NCBI GenBank assembly: GCA_965237415.1
Contig: CBDEFM010000002.1
Span: 32,001 to 96,000 of the forward strand
Direction: 5' to 3'
DNA length: 64,000 nucleotides
DNA from: Alphaproteobacteria bacterium
GTDB taxonomy: Bacteria > Pseudomonadota > Alphaproteobacteria > UBA828
Below are positions 43,463-53,488 of the stretch, one piece after another. The number at the start of each line of letters is the position of its first letter. Within the stretch, counting starts at the first letter, position 1. The notes under the pieces were generated by a model. The model was not told the origin of the DNA, ran no database searches, and was given only the letters and a program-made list of their open reading frames with translations. Made by a program: the position numbers and the translations under genes.

Positions 43463-44329
43463 CTACGCCGCCGACGGCGGCTCGCGGTCCAGGGCGTCGG
43501 CCTTTCCGGCTCGCCGACGGCCTGCTGCGCCCCGGCGGCGGCGGCGCTCTGCGCTGCGCTTCTTCTGGCGTTCCTCGGCCTCCTTTCGGCGATAGGAATC
43601 GCCGTCGATGGCGATGATCTCGGCGTTGTGGATGAGGCGGTCGACGAGGGCGACGACGCAGGCGGCGTTGGGGAAGGCTTCGCTCCACTCGGCGAAGGGC
43701 CGGTTTGTGGTGATTATGGTGGAGCGCTGCTGGCTGCGGCTGGAGACGATATTGAACAGCAGATCGGCATGGCGATTGCTATAGGAGAGGTAGCCGACCT
43801 CGTCGATCACCAGCAGCTGTTGGCGGGCGTAGAATCGGAGCTTGCGCTGGAGCAGGCTGTCGCTATCGAGGGCGGCGAGCTCACCGAGCATGTTTCCTGC
43901 AGTTGTGAAGCGCACGGTGTGCCCCTCGATGATGGCGCGGTGGGCGAGGTTGGCGGCGATGGTGGACTTGCCCACCCCGTTTGGGCCGACGAGGACGACG
44001 TTGGCGGCCTCGCGCAGGAACTCGAGGCTCATGAGGTCCTCGATGACCATTGGGTCGCAGCGGCGGGGCCAGTCCCAATCGAAGTCGACGAGGGGCTTGA
44101 AGTGTCCAATGCGGGCCTCGCTGAGGCGCCGCTTGAGGCTGCGGCTTCGCCGTTCTTCCTCTTCCCAGGCGATGAGGGTGGGCAGCCAGCTGCACTCGCC
44201 GATGTCGTCCCAGTGGGCGATGAGGCCGTACAGGCGCAGCGCGCGGGCACGGTCCTTGAGGGTATCGTAGGCGGTCCTGCGCGGCCGCAGCGCCTTGACG
44301 CGGGCGTCGGTCAGGATGACCTTGGGCAT
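43463..44329 (-). CDS. istB: IstB-like ATPase fused in frame to a 22-aa integrase N-terminal stub
   Basis: MPKVILTDARVKALRPRRTAYD followed by LKDRARALRL..GPNGVGKS..LVIDEVG..LVDRLIH. Confidence 0.8.
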   Translation of the reverse strand: MPKVILTDARVKALRPRRTAYDTLKDRARALRLYGLIAHWDDIGECSWLPTLIAWEEEERRSRSLKRRLSEARIGHFKPLVDFDWDWPRRCDPMVIEDLMSLEFLREAANVVLVGPNGVGKSTIAANLAHRAIIEGHTVRFTTAGNMLGELAALDSDSLLQRKLRFYARQQLLVIDEVGYLSYSNRHADLLFNIVSSRSQQRSTIITTNRPFAEWSEAFPNAACVVALVDRLIHNAEIIAIDGDSYRRKEAEERQKKRSAERRRRRGAAGRRRAGKADALDREPPSAA

Positions 44330-44705
44330 GAACCTTCTCCCGATTGCGGTTGCAGCCGGGGAAGCGTGAGTTACGCAATCCGTTCCGCTGCAACGATTGT
44401 CAGGAGAAAAAACAACCCTTTATCAAATAGTTAGAACCGAAGGTGCGTGTTAAGGTGTATTCCACCGTCTGACGGAGGAATGCAGATGAGCAGCAAGCGA
44501 CGCAGGTTGTCGGGGGAGCGACTGTTCGGGTTCTCAGGAACAGCGGACGGGGAGCCACGCTCACCCGCGGTCTTCGACACCAAAGGTGGATCGGTCTCCC
44601 GCCCGCTTCCACCGCCGTCAGAATAACAACGACGGCGATCAGACAAGATACAAGGTGGAGGCGCGTGTGCCTGTCGAGTGCTGCGACCTTCGCGCGAGCT
44701 GCGGG

Positions 44706-46799
44706 TCAGCGGCGGCGGCTCGTATCGAGGACGATGCAGCCGGCGTCGTTGAGGGTTGCATGCACGCCGGGCGGTACGACGCAGGTCGCGTCGTACTCCT
44801 CGACGATCACAGGGCCTTCCCGCGCCTCTGCAAGGTCGGCGCGGGCGATCACGTCGGCCTCGCACCAGCCGTCGTCCGGGCCGAAATAGGCGCGCCGGGT
44901 CGCGGGCCCGGACGCTGGCCCGGCGGCGTGGTCGATGCGGGGCGGCGGGGCGGCGGGGCGGCGGCCGCGGCCCAGCACGCGGAGCGTGACCAGCTCGACC
45001 GGCTCCTCTGGCCCGGCACGGTGGCCGTAGGTGCGCTCATGCTCCGCGCCGAAGGCCTCTTCGAGCGCAGCCAGCGCGTCATCGTCGAGCGGGCCGTCCG
45101 GCAGGGCGACGGTGAGCTCGTAGGTCTGGCCCTGATAGTGGAGGCTTGCGTGGCGCTCGATCGTGGCGGCGGGCCCGCCGTAGCCGTCGGCGGCGAGCCG
45201 GCGGAGCGCCTCCTCGGCCAGCGCGACCCACGCAGCGTTGAGCGCGGACTTGTCGAGGTCCCGCAGCAGCGCGCGAAAGGTGCGCGAGAGGTGGTGCTCG
45301 ACGTCCGCCGTGAGCAGGCCGAAGGAGGAGAAGAGGCCGGGGGCAGGGGGTACGACCACGCGCCGGATCGCGATGGCCTGGGCCATCGCGGCGCCGAACA
45401 CAGGCCCGTTGCCGCCGAAGGCGACGAGCGTATAGCCGCGCGGGTCGCGGCCACGCTCGGTCGAGACCGCGCGGATCGCCCGGATCATGTTGGAGGCCAC
45501 GATCCGGTGCGCGCCGTAGGCCGCCTCTTCGACCGAAACGCCGAGTGGCTCCGCGATCTGTTGCCGCATCGCGTCGATCGCCTTGGCGGAATCGATGGGC
45601 AGCGCGCCGCCCACGAGGTAGTCCGGATTGAGGTAGCCGAGAGCCACGTTGGCGTCGGTGATGGTGGGCGCGCTCCCGCCCTGGTCGTAGCAGACGGGGC
45701 CGGGCTCGGCGCCCGCGCTCTCAGGCCCGACCTGCATGGAACCGCCGGCGTCGATGGCGATGAGCGAGCCGCCGCCTGCACCCACCTCGGCGAGATCGAT
45801 GGCCGGCATCCGCACAAGATAGCCGGCGCCGGTCATCAGGCGGGAGCCGGTGAGGATGCCGCCCCCCACCTGGAACTCGCTGGAGCGGCTGATGACGCCG
45901 CCTTCGATCAGCGCCGCCTTCGCCGTGGTGCCCCCCATGTCGAAGGTGACGAGATCGTCCTGGCCGATATCGCCGGCCATGGCGAGTGCGCCGACCACGC
46001 CGCCGGCCGGTCCCGATTCGACGATGTTGACCGGGCGGTGCGACGCCTCCTCCGCCGAGGTCAGCCCGCCGTTCGACTGCATGATGAGCAGGTGCGCGTT
46101 CGGGCAGCGCTCCGTGATCGCCTGCCCCAAGCGCTCCAGATACGTGCGCACGATGGGGCTGATGTAGGTGTTGATGACCGTGGTCGACGTGCGCTCGTAC
46201 TCCTTGATCTCGGGCAGGACGTCGTAGCTGATGCTGACGGCGCAGCCCGGCGCGCGCTCCTTGACGATCGCCTCCACCGCCCGCTCGTGGACCGGATTGG
46301 CAAAGGCGTTGATGAGGCAGATGGCGATGGCGTCCACGCCTTCGGCGAGCAGCCGATCCACCGCAGCGCGTGCGTCCTCGGCATCGAGGGCCGTCTGCAC
46401 ATTGCCCGCCGTGTCGATCCGCTCGTCCACCACGGCGCGCAGGTAGCGCTCCACGAGCGGCGGCGGCTTCTCCCACGCGAGGTCGTAGAGCCGGGGCATC
46501 CTGAGGTTGCGGATCTCCAGCACGTCGCGGAAGCCGCGCGTGCCGATCAGCCCGGTGCGGGCGCCCTTGCGCTCCAGTAGCGCGTTGCTGGCGACGGTGG
46601 TTCCGTGCACCACCTCGGCGATGTCGGCGCCGTCGATCGCGTGCTCGGCGACGAGGGAGGCGACGCCTTCCATGATGGCGCGGGCGTAGTCGTCGACGCT
46701 GGAGGAGACTTTTCGCGTCGCGACCGTGCCATCCTCGGCCAGGAGAACGATATCGGTGAAGGTGCCGCCGATATCGACGCCGATGCGGTATGCGCTCAC
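44706..46799 (-). CDS. hyuA: Hydantoinase A / 5-oxoprolinase ATP-binding subunit
   Basis: IGVDIGGTFTD, HGTTVASN, EYERTST, SGPAGG, DMGGTT, GAGGGS. Confidence 0.93.
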   Translation of the reverse strand: MSAYRIGVDIGGTFTDIVLLAEDGTVATRKVSSSVDDYARAIMEGVASLVAEHAIDGADIAEVVHGTTVASNALLERKGARTGLIGTRGFRDVLEIRNLRMPRLYDLAWEKPPPLVERYLRAVVDERIDTAGNVQTALDAEDARAAVDRLLAEGVDAIAICLINAFANPVHERAVEAIVKERAPGCAVSISYDVLPEIKEYERTSTTVINTYISPIVRTYLERLGQAITERCPNAHLLIMQSNGGLTSAEEASHRPVNIVESGPAGGVVGALAMAGDIGQDDLVTFDMGGTTAKAALIEGGVISRSSEFQVGGGILTGSRLMTGAGYLVRMPAIDLAEVGAGGGSLIAIDAGGSMQVGPESAGAEPGPVCYDQGGSAPTITDANVALGYLNPDYLVGGALPIDSAKAIDAMRQQIAEPLGVSVEEAAYGAHRIVASNMIRAIRAVSTERGRDPRGYTLVAFGGNGPVFGAAMAQAIAIRRVVVPPAPGLFSSFGLLTADVEHHLSRTFRALLRDLDKSALNAAWVALAEEALRRLAADGYGGPAATIERHASLHYQGQTYELTVALPDGPLDDDALAALEEAFGAEHERTYGHRAGPEEPVELVTLRVLGRGRRPAAPPPRIDHAAGPASGPATRRAYFGPDDGWCEADVIARADLAEAREGPVIVEEYDATCVVPPGVHATLNDAGCIVLDTSRRR

Positions 46800-48661
46800 G
46801 CCCTGCTCTCGGGCGCGGTGTCTACAGGCGGCATCTCGCCGCGCGAGACTGCCGGCGGCGCGGACCACCCTCGTGCGGCCCGCAATACCGCCCGGCGCGC
46901 CTCGGTTGCGGCATGATCCACCCGCCAAGAGGTGCGATCGACGATCACGCCGTAGTCGTCGCGCGCGGTGTCCTCACCGATCATCTCGTTGCGCAGGTCG
47001 CGCAGCACGGCTTGCGGATCGCGCTCCAGCGGATCGCCCCAGCCGCCGGCGCCGGCGAGCTCGTGGCGGAAGACATCGCCATGCTGGATCGTCTCGGTAA
47101 GCTTGCTCGGCAGCGGGCGTTCGTCCGGCCCCGGATTCATCGCGTTGCGCGAGGGCTGGCCGGGGCTCCCGCCATAGAGCCCGTAGGGGCGGAAGGTGTG
47201 GCGGTCGGAGCGCACCTGGAGCAGCCCTTCGGCCTCCAGAAAGCGATAGTCGCGGCGGAACGGCGTGCCGCCCCGGTAGCGGCCGGCGCCTGCGCGGTCG
47301 GGCACGAACTCGTAGGAGAGGATCTGCAGCGGATACTCGGCCTCGGTCACCTCCACCGACTGGGAGGCCATGTTGGCGAAGATGTTGGAGTTGCCGTCGA
47401 GGCCGTCGGCCCAGGGCCGGGCACCCCAGGTGCCGCAGGTGAAATCGACATAGATGAAGGGCTTCCGCTGATCGTCGTAGCCGCCGATGGTGATGCCGGT
47501 GTTGCCGCCGTCCGAAGCCGCAAACACTTTTTCGGGCAGCATCATGGCGAGCGCCCCGAAGGCGCAATCCACCATGCGGAACCCGGTGAGCCCGCGCGCG
47601 GCGCAGGCCGCCGGCAGCACGGCGTTGGTGATGGTGCCGGAGGGCGCTGAGACGGTGATGGCGCGGAACACGCCCTCGTTGTTGGGGATACCCGCTGGCA
47701 AGACCGAGCGGATCGCCGTGTAGGTGGCGGCCTTGGTCCAGGACAGCGTGCTGTTGATCGCGCCCTTCACTTGCGGCGATGAGCCCGCCCAGTCGGCATG
47801 GAGGCTGCCGCCCTCCTTGCGGAGCGTGACGAACAGCCTGATCGGCTTGCCGCGATCGACGCCGTCGTCGTCGATCCAGTCCTCGAAGCTGGTCTCGCCG
47901 TCGGGCAGGTCGCGGAGCGCGGCGCGGGTGAGGCGCTCGGCATAGTCGATGATCTCGCGCAGATAGAAGCGCGTGGCCTGGGCGCCGTGCTGGCGGACCA
48001 GTTCGATGAACTGGCGCTCCGCGATGTGGCAGGCCGCGAGCTGGGCGCGCAGGTCGCCGAAGAGCTTGACCGGCAGGCGCACGTTCTTCTCCAGGATCGC
48101 GAAGAGGGTCTCGTTGCGCGCGCCCTTATCGTAGAGGCGGAGCGGCGGGATGCGCACCCCTTCCTGGTAGATCTCGGTGGAATCGGAGGCGTTGGAGCCT
48201 GCCACACGGCCGCCGACATCGGCGTGGTGGCAGACCGTGGCTGCGAAGGCCAGACGCTCGCCCCCGTCGAAGACCGGCTTGAAGATGAAGATGTCCGGCA
48301 GGTGCATGCCGCCGTCGAACGGGTCGTTCATCACGAACACGTCGTCGGGATGGATGTCGTCGCCATAGTGGCGCAACACCGATTCGATGGCGGTCGGCAC
48401 TGAGCCGAGATGGCCAGGCAGGGTGAGACCCTGCGCGATGAGGCGCCCGTCACCGTCGGTGAGCGCCGTGGAGAAATCCATGTTGTCGCGGAGCACGCCC
48501 GAATAGGTGGTGCGGCAGACGGTGAGCGCCATCTCGTCCGCGATGGCGAAGATGGCGTTCCTGAAGAGCTCGAAGCCGAAGGGATCGGCCCCGCCCGCGC
48601 CCTGCGCCTCGGCCGCGCCCGCCGCTCCTGCGCTCTCACCGCGCTCTACGATTGCTTCCAT
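46796..48661 (-). CDS. hyuB: Hydantoinase B / 5-oxoprolinase subunit
   Basis: NDPFDGGMHLPD, HHADVGG, EIYQEG, GGWGDPLERD. Confidence 0.93.
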   Translation of the reverse strand: MEAIVERGESAGAAGAAEAQGAGGADPFGFELFRNAIFAIADEMALTVCRTTYSGVLRDNMDFSTALTDGDGRLIAQGLTLPGHLGSVPTAIESVLRHYGDDIHPDDVFVMNDPFDGGMHLPDIFIFKPVFDGGERLAFAATVCHHADVGGRVAGSNASDSTEIYQEGVRIPPLRLYDKGARNETLFAILEKNVRLPVKLFGDLRAQLAACHIAERQFIELVRQHGAQATRFYLREIIDYAERLTRAALRDLPDGETSFEDWIDDDGVDRGKPIRLFVTLRKEGGSLHADWAGSSPQVKGAINSTLSWTKAATYTAIRSVLPAGIPNNEGVFRAITVSAPSGTITNAVLPAACAARGLTGFRMVDCAFGALAMMLPEKVFAASDGGNTGITIGGYDDQRKPFIYVDFTCGTWGARPWADGLDGNSNIFANMASQSVEVTEAEYPLQILSYEFVPDRAGAGRYRGGTPFRRDYRFLEAEGLLQVRSDRHTFRPYGLYGGSPGQPSRNAMNPGPDERPLPSKLTETIQHGDVFRHELAGAGGWGDPLERDPQAVLRDLRNEMIGEDTARDDYGVIVDRTSWRVDHAATEARRAVLRAARGWSAPPAVSRGEMPPVDTAPESRA

Positions 48662-48912
48662 GCGTCCCTCCCCCCGTTCAGCCTCGATGATAGCGAGGGG
48701 GGCGAGCGCGAGTCGACTCTGGCTGCAGACTGGACTGTCGCGGTGGCGGGGTAACGCCCTGGATTTGCCATCCGCTCGATTTCTGGTCTTGATGCCACTC
48801 CCGCCCTGCTCAGGCTGCGTAACTTCGACGTAAGGCTGTTGTGGCTACCCCATATGGCGTTCGTTGAACCTCACGAGGAATTAGAGGGTTCCATGACTGA
48901 TGCAGATTTGAG

Positions 48913-50667
48913 CTAGCGAATTCCGCCAAAGCCCGCAAGGAGTTCGACTCCCTGAGTTTGGTCATTGAGGATGCCCGCCATTTCCTCGTGAGCAGGGCCG
49001 AAGAAGGAGCCTGCAAGATGGCCATCGGCATCAGAAAACGCGTTTCCGGAGACCTCGATGTCGTACATGAGATCAGAAGATCGGAAGCCAACCGCTTCGC
49101 CATCGGTATGAACAGTGAGATTTTCAAACTGTGCAGTACCGTCAAGGGTCGACAAGTCAACGGCAAGCTCGGCGTCGCCGAATACAGGCGGCAAGTGTGC
49201 GCTGCCAAGATCGACACCGATGAGCGATCCTGTCCATGTAGCGCTGCCTAAAGATCCTGATGTGTGCAGCTCGGCAAGTGTCATGCTCGGGGAAACACCA
49301 AACGCATCGGCACCGGCGCGCAACTGGTCCTGGGCAAAGACTTCCGATCCATCATCTTCGTACTCAAGCATACGCTCCACGCCCGCCCCCCAGGCGCTGT
49401 ACTGGCCCCAAGCGCCGTAACCGTACAGTTCCGGCTCCGATGCGGTGTCTGCATCAAGAATCTCGTACCCAATGTCATCAAGGTACGCAAAGTCAATCTC
49501 GGAGGGTTCGTACACCTCTCTCGGTTCATTGCAGTACGCCATGAGAGACGAGCAGACGCCCAAATGACCGTAATCCACCGTCGCACCAGGCGTGAAAGGA
49601 GGCACTTCTTGCCTGCCATCAAGCCACTGGAACGGAACGGGGTTGCCGCCATTGGCCCGTTGCGATTCCGGACCTTCGAAGGTAGCGTCTTGATAGTTCA
49701 TATAGCGCTCAATGCTCGGAACATTCCATCCGCCTTGATGATTCGTTACGCCGACAATGTGCCCTATTTCATGCCCCAGCACGTGTACAAACCACCAATT
49801 TCCAACCGATCGTCGCTCATCGATATTTGCTTTGGACAGGACCATCTTTCCATGCCAAGGTTCGTAGTCGTTTTGGGTGATGTCAGCGTTGTGTGGTCCA
49901 CCTGAAGATAATGGGTCCGTCGTAGCATGAGTGACGGTGATCAAAACGCCGTCCGTTTCGACATCTTCTGTATATGTCACCATGGTCTGTACTGCGCCTG
50001 CATGTGACCCCCTGGCAGTAACTGTCGTGCCTGCCGTTACCGAATGTGTGCCGAAATCGTCGAGGAGTCGATGCGACCAGAGCTTCCCCGCCCTTTCCGC
50101 CTGCGCGCGTGTTTTGGAATCAATATTGGGTGCGAACTGCCAGTCGAACTCTATGTTGAGCGTTCCGGCAGGACCGCCTTTCCAGTGCCCATACGTGATC
50201 CCGTCGCGCTCTCCGATTATTTGGATTTCGTCAGGTTGAATATTGCGGAGGACAGTTCCGGAAGTTATGGGGTCGGCCTCGGTCGCATCAATCAAATTCT
50301 TTATCAACGTTCTCCGGCTCTCAATATCTCCCTGGCTGACTGGAAACAAGGAAAATAAGTTCCTCAAAGCCTCCGGATCATTCCAGTGGTCGAGCAGGTC
50401 TTCGGCGGTAGAGTTGCTGCGCCACTCGGTCACAACCGATTGGATTATATCGCCGTCGCCGTCACCAGACATCATGCCGTCGCCATCGCCGTCGTCCGGC
50501 ATCATGCCGTCGCCATCGCCGTCGCCGGGCATCATGCCGTCGCCATCGCCAGGCGGCATACCTCCTGTCTCTGGGCCGTCTCCCCCTCCGCCTCCACAAG
50601 CGGACAAGGCCAGTAACGCGACCATTGAAAGGGCGGTCGAGCTCTTCAGAAGTGTGGCGATTTTCAT
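48913..50667 (-). CDS. Lipoprotein with HEXXH zinc-metallopeptidase domain and C-terminal TbpB-like barrel
   Basis: Lipobox LSAC-GGGGG, Gly/Asp/Met linker, VLGHEIGHIVG, C-terminal GSFFGPAHEEMAG..AGFGG. Confidence 0.78.
   Translation of the reverse strand: MKIATLLKSSTALSMVALLALSACGGGGGDGPETGGMPPGDGDGMMPGDGDGDGMMPDDGDGDGMMSGDGDGDIIQSVVTEWRSNSTAEDLLDHWNDPEALRNLFSLFPVSQGDIESRRTLIKNLIDATEADPITSGTVLRNIQPDEIQIIGERDGITYGHWKGGPAGTLNIEFDWQFAPNIDSKTRAQAERAGKLWSHRLLDDFGTHSVTAGTTVTARGSHAGAVQTMVTYTEDVETDGVLITVTHATTDPLSSGGPHNADITQNDYEPWHGKMVLSKANIDERRSVGNWWFVHVLGHEIGHIVGVTNHQGGWNVPSIERYMNYQDATFEGPESQRANGGNPVPFQWLDGRQEVPPFTPGATVDYGHLGVCSSLMAYCNEPREVYEPSEIDFAYLDDIGYEILDADTASEPELYGYGAWGQYSAWGAGVERMLEYEDDGSEVFAQDQLRAGADAFGVSPSMTLAELHTSGSLGSATWTGSLIGVDLGSAHLPPVFGDAELAVDLSTLDGTAQFENLTVHTDGEAVGFRSSDLMYDIEVSGNAFSDADGHLAGSFFGPAHEEMAGILNDQTQGVELLAGFGGIR
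50451..50559 (-). repeat. Coding tandem repeat, 30-bp unit (PGDGDGDGMM)
   Basis: CATCATGCCGTCGCCATCGCC recurs at 50470, 50500 and 50530. Confidence 0.9.
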
Positions 50668-51038
50668 GGTGTCCTCCCTCAAATTTAGCTTATGTGCCTT
50701 TGCTGAGGCTCCCTCGCCGGCGCCCGTTTATACGAACCGCGCTTCAGGGCGGACGCAGGGCCTCGCACATCCATATGCATGGCTGCTCCCGCCCCCTGCC
50801 TTCCCTCACGTCAAGAACGGTGCAGAGTGCGGCCGCGTGCCAGTGACGCGATGACATTTAAGGTATGCCGATGTTCTCTAGGCTATTTACTAAAGTCAAT
50901 CCGATTATCGCTATATTCGATTTTAGCTGGGGCAAGAGACCTTGATGTGCGAAGCCGCGCAGGGAGGCTGGCCGCCTCCGTGGCCGCTCCCTAGAATGAG
51001 TGCCCGGATTTTCGGCTCGGATGCGGCCAGGCTGCCAG

Positions 51039-52088
51039 ATGTCTTCACAACCGCCGACCACGCCCGTGCGCGCGGCGCACCGCATCGATCAGGCGGCGCT
51101 GGAGCGTTATCTCGCCAAGCATGTGCCCGAGGCGGCGCCGATCCGCGGCGTCAGCCAGTTCGCAGCGGGGCAGTCGAACCCGACCTATCTGATTGAGGGG
51201 CCTGAGAAACGCTTCGTGCTGCGCAAGAAGCCGCCGGGCACGCTGCTGCCGTCTGCCCACCTGGTCGAGCGGGAATACCGCATCCTCGCGGCGCTGGCCG
51301 AGACCGACGTGCCCGTGCCGCGCGTCCATCACCTCTGCGAGGACACCGACATCGTCGGCACGGCCTTCTACGTGATGGACTATGTGGAGGGATCGGTCGA
51401 TCAGGACCCGGCCTGGCCCGCGTTTGCGGCGGATCGCCGCAGCGCGCTCTACGACTCGATGGCCGATGTGCTGGCGCGGCTGCACCGGGTCGACTGGCGC
51501 GCGCTCGGCCTCGCCGACTTCGGGCGGGAGGGCAACTATATCGCCCGCCAGATCCGCCGCTGGAGCGGCCAGTACGAGGCGTCGCGCACCGACGAGATAC
51601 CCGAAATGGACCGCCTGCTCGCGTGGCTGCCCGACCACATCCCCGACGATGACGAGACCGCCATCGTCCACGGCGACTACCGGCCGGGCAATCTGATCGT
51701 GCACGTGCACGAGCCGCGCGTCGCCGCGGTGCTCGACTGGGAGCTCAGCACCCTGGGCCACCCGCTGAGCGACCTCGCCCACAACTGCCTCGCCTTCTCG
51801 ATCCCCCGCGGCACGTCGGCGCTGCCGGGGCTCGGCGGCGCCGACTTCGAGGCGCTGGGGCTGCCGGGGGAAGAGGCGCACCGGGACGCCTACTGCGAAC
51901 GCGCGGGCCGCGGCGAGATCGCCGACTGGCGCTTCTACATGGCCTTCGCCTTCTTCCGCATGGCGGCGATCTGCCAGGGAGTCTACGCGCGCGGCCTCAA
52001 GGGCAATGCGAGCGCGCCCAATGCGCACGAGTACGGAGACCGCGCCCGTGCCCTCGCCGAGCTGGGATGGGAGAAGGCCGCGGGTTAG
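51039..52088 (+). CDS. APH-like phosphotransferase (ACAD10/11 N-terminal-like)
   Basis: GQSNPTY, LRKKPPG, AHLVERE, IVHGDYRPGN, LDWELSTLG. Confidence 0.92.
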   Translation: MSSQPPTTPVRAAHRIDQAALERYLAKHVPEAAPIRGVSQFAAGQSNPTYLIEGPEKRFVLRKKPPGTLLPSAHLVEREYRILAALAETDVPVPRVHHLCEDTDIVGTAFYVMDYVEGSVDQDPAWPAFAADRRSALYDSMADVLARLHRVDWRALGLADFGREGNYIARQIRRWSGQYEASRTDEIPEMDRLLAWLPDHIPDDDETAIVHGDYRPGNLIVHVHEPRVAAVLDWELSTLGHPLSDLAHNCLAFSIPRGTSALPGLGGADFEALGLPGEEAHRDAYCERAGRGEIADWRFYMAFAFFRMAAICQGVYARGLKGNASAPNAHEYGDRARALAELGWEKAAG

Positions 52089-52152
52089 CCTTTTTCGCTC
52101 ACGGCAGCCGGCCACTCTCCGATTCCGCGCGCCTCCGGCGCGACGGCCGCGG

Positions 52153-53133
52153 TCAGACGCCGTAGTGGTCGCGGTACCAGGCGACGAAGCGCGGGATTCC
52201 CTCGGCAATGGCGGTCTTCGGCTCGAAGCCGTGATCGCGTTGCAGCGCCGAGATGTCGGCCCAGGTCTCCGCCACGTCGCCGGGCTGCATCGGCGCGTGC
52301 TCGATCACCGCCTTGCGACCGATCGCCCGCTCGAGCGTGGCGACATAGTCGATCAGGGCCTCGGGCCGGTTGTTGCCGACGTTGTAGATGCGGTGGGGAA
52401 CGGCGCCGTCGCCCGCCGGCGGCGCGTCGAGGACGCTGAGAACCGCTGGCACCACGTCGTCGATGTAGGTGAAGTCGCGCTTCATGCGGCCGTGGTTGAA
52501 GAGCGCGATCGGCCGGCCCTCCAGGATCGCCCGGGTGAAGAGGAAGGCGGCCATGTCGGGGCGCCCCCAGGGGCCATAAACGGTGAAGAAGCGGAGCCCG
52601 GTCGCAGGCACCGCGAAGAGGTGTCCGTAAACGTGGCCGATGAGCTCGCCCGCCTTCTTGGTCGCCGCATACAGGGAAATCGGGGTGTCGACCCGTGCAT
52701 CGACGGCGAACGGCGCCTCGGCAAGGCCGCCATAGACCGAGCTGGAGCTGGCGTAGACGATGTGCTCAAGCTGGGGCAGCGAGCGGCAGAGCTCCAGGAT
52801 CACGACCTGGCCCATCACATTGGCCTGCACATAGGCGTAGGGGTCGACCAGCGAATGGCGGACCCCGGCCTGGGCGGCGAGATGGACGATCCGGGCGATC
52901 GATTCGCGTTCCGGCTCGATCGCCGCAGCCGTGGCCTCGCAATCGGAAATGTCGGCGCGGGCGAAAGCGAAGGACTCGTGCGCCTGCAGCAGGGCGAGCC
53001 GCGCCTCCTTGAGGCGGGCGTCGTAGTAGTGGTTCAGATTGTCGATGCCGAGAACGCGTTCGCCGCGCGCCAGCAGCGCCTTGCAGACGTGGAACCCGAT
53101 GAAGCCGGCGGCCCCGGTCACGAGGATCGTCAT
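52153..53133 (-). CDS. NAD-dependent epimerase (UDP-glucuronate 4-epimerase-like)
   Basis: TGAAGFIG, HLAAQAGVR, YAATK, RFFTVYGPWGRPDMA. Confidence 0.93.
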   Translation of the reverse strand: MTILVTGAAGFIGFHVCKALLARGERVLGIDNLNHYYDARLKEARLALLQAHESFAFARADISDCEATAAAIEPERESIARIVHLAAQAGVRHSLVDPYAYVQANVMGQVVILELCRSLPQLEHIVYASSSSVYGGLAEAPFAVDARVDTPISLYAATKKAGELIGHVYGHLFAVPATGLRFFTVYGPWGRPDMAAFLFTRAILEGRPIALFNHGRMKRDFTYIDDVVPAVLSVLDAPPAGDGAVPHRIYNVGNNRPEALIDYVATLERAIGRKAVIEHAPMQPGDVAETWADISALQRDHGFEPKTAIAEGIPRFVAWYRDHYGV

Positions 53134-53303
53134 CCGCTCGGCAACTCCCGATCGTTGCGCACTGGGCGCGGGGATATCGTTTGACACGGCGCCGGTTGCG
53201 CGCGCATAGCGCTCTCGGCGATCCCGCTTGCGCGCCCATTGTCGGCGGATCGGCGGCGCGGGCAAGCGCGGGTGCCCCTCGCTCACCGTTCGGACACCAC
53301 CCC

Positions 53304-53466
53304 ATGCGCGTTGCGGTCATCGGTCTCGGTTACGTCGGCCTGCCCCTCGCCGCCGCGCTCGGCGACCTTCGCATCCCTGCTGACGCCGGGAGGCCTCGTC
53401 GCCGACATCAAGAACATGTGGCGGGACGTCGAATTGCCCGGCGGGCTCAGGCTTTGGACGCTGTGA
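53304..53466 (+). pseudogene. Internally deleted nucleotide-sugar dehydrogenase (WbpO/TviB-like)
   Basis: MRVAVIGLGYVGLPLAAAL joined out of frame to C-terminal LLTPGGLVADIKNMWR..LWTL. Confidence 0.8.
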
Positions 53467-53488
53467 GCGGCCGTCGCGGCGACCCTCG

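Noticed and set aside
48760-48900. tRNA or att remnant beside the low-GC lipoprotein gene
   Set aside because: No cloverleaf or TTCGA..CCA pattern, and no matching direct repeat on the other side.
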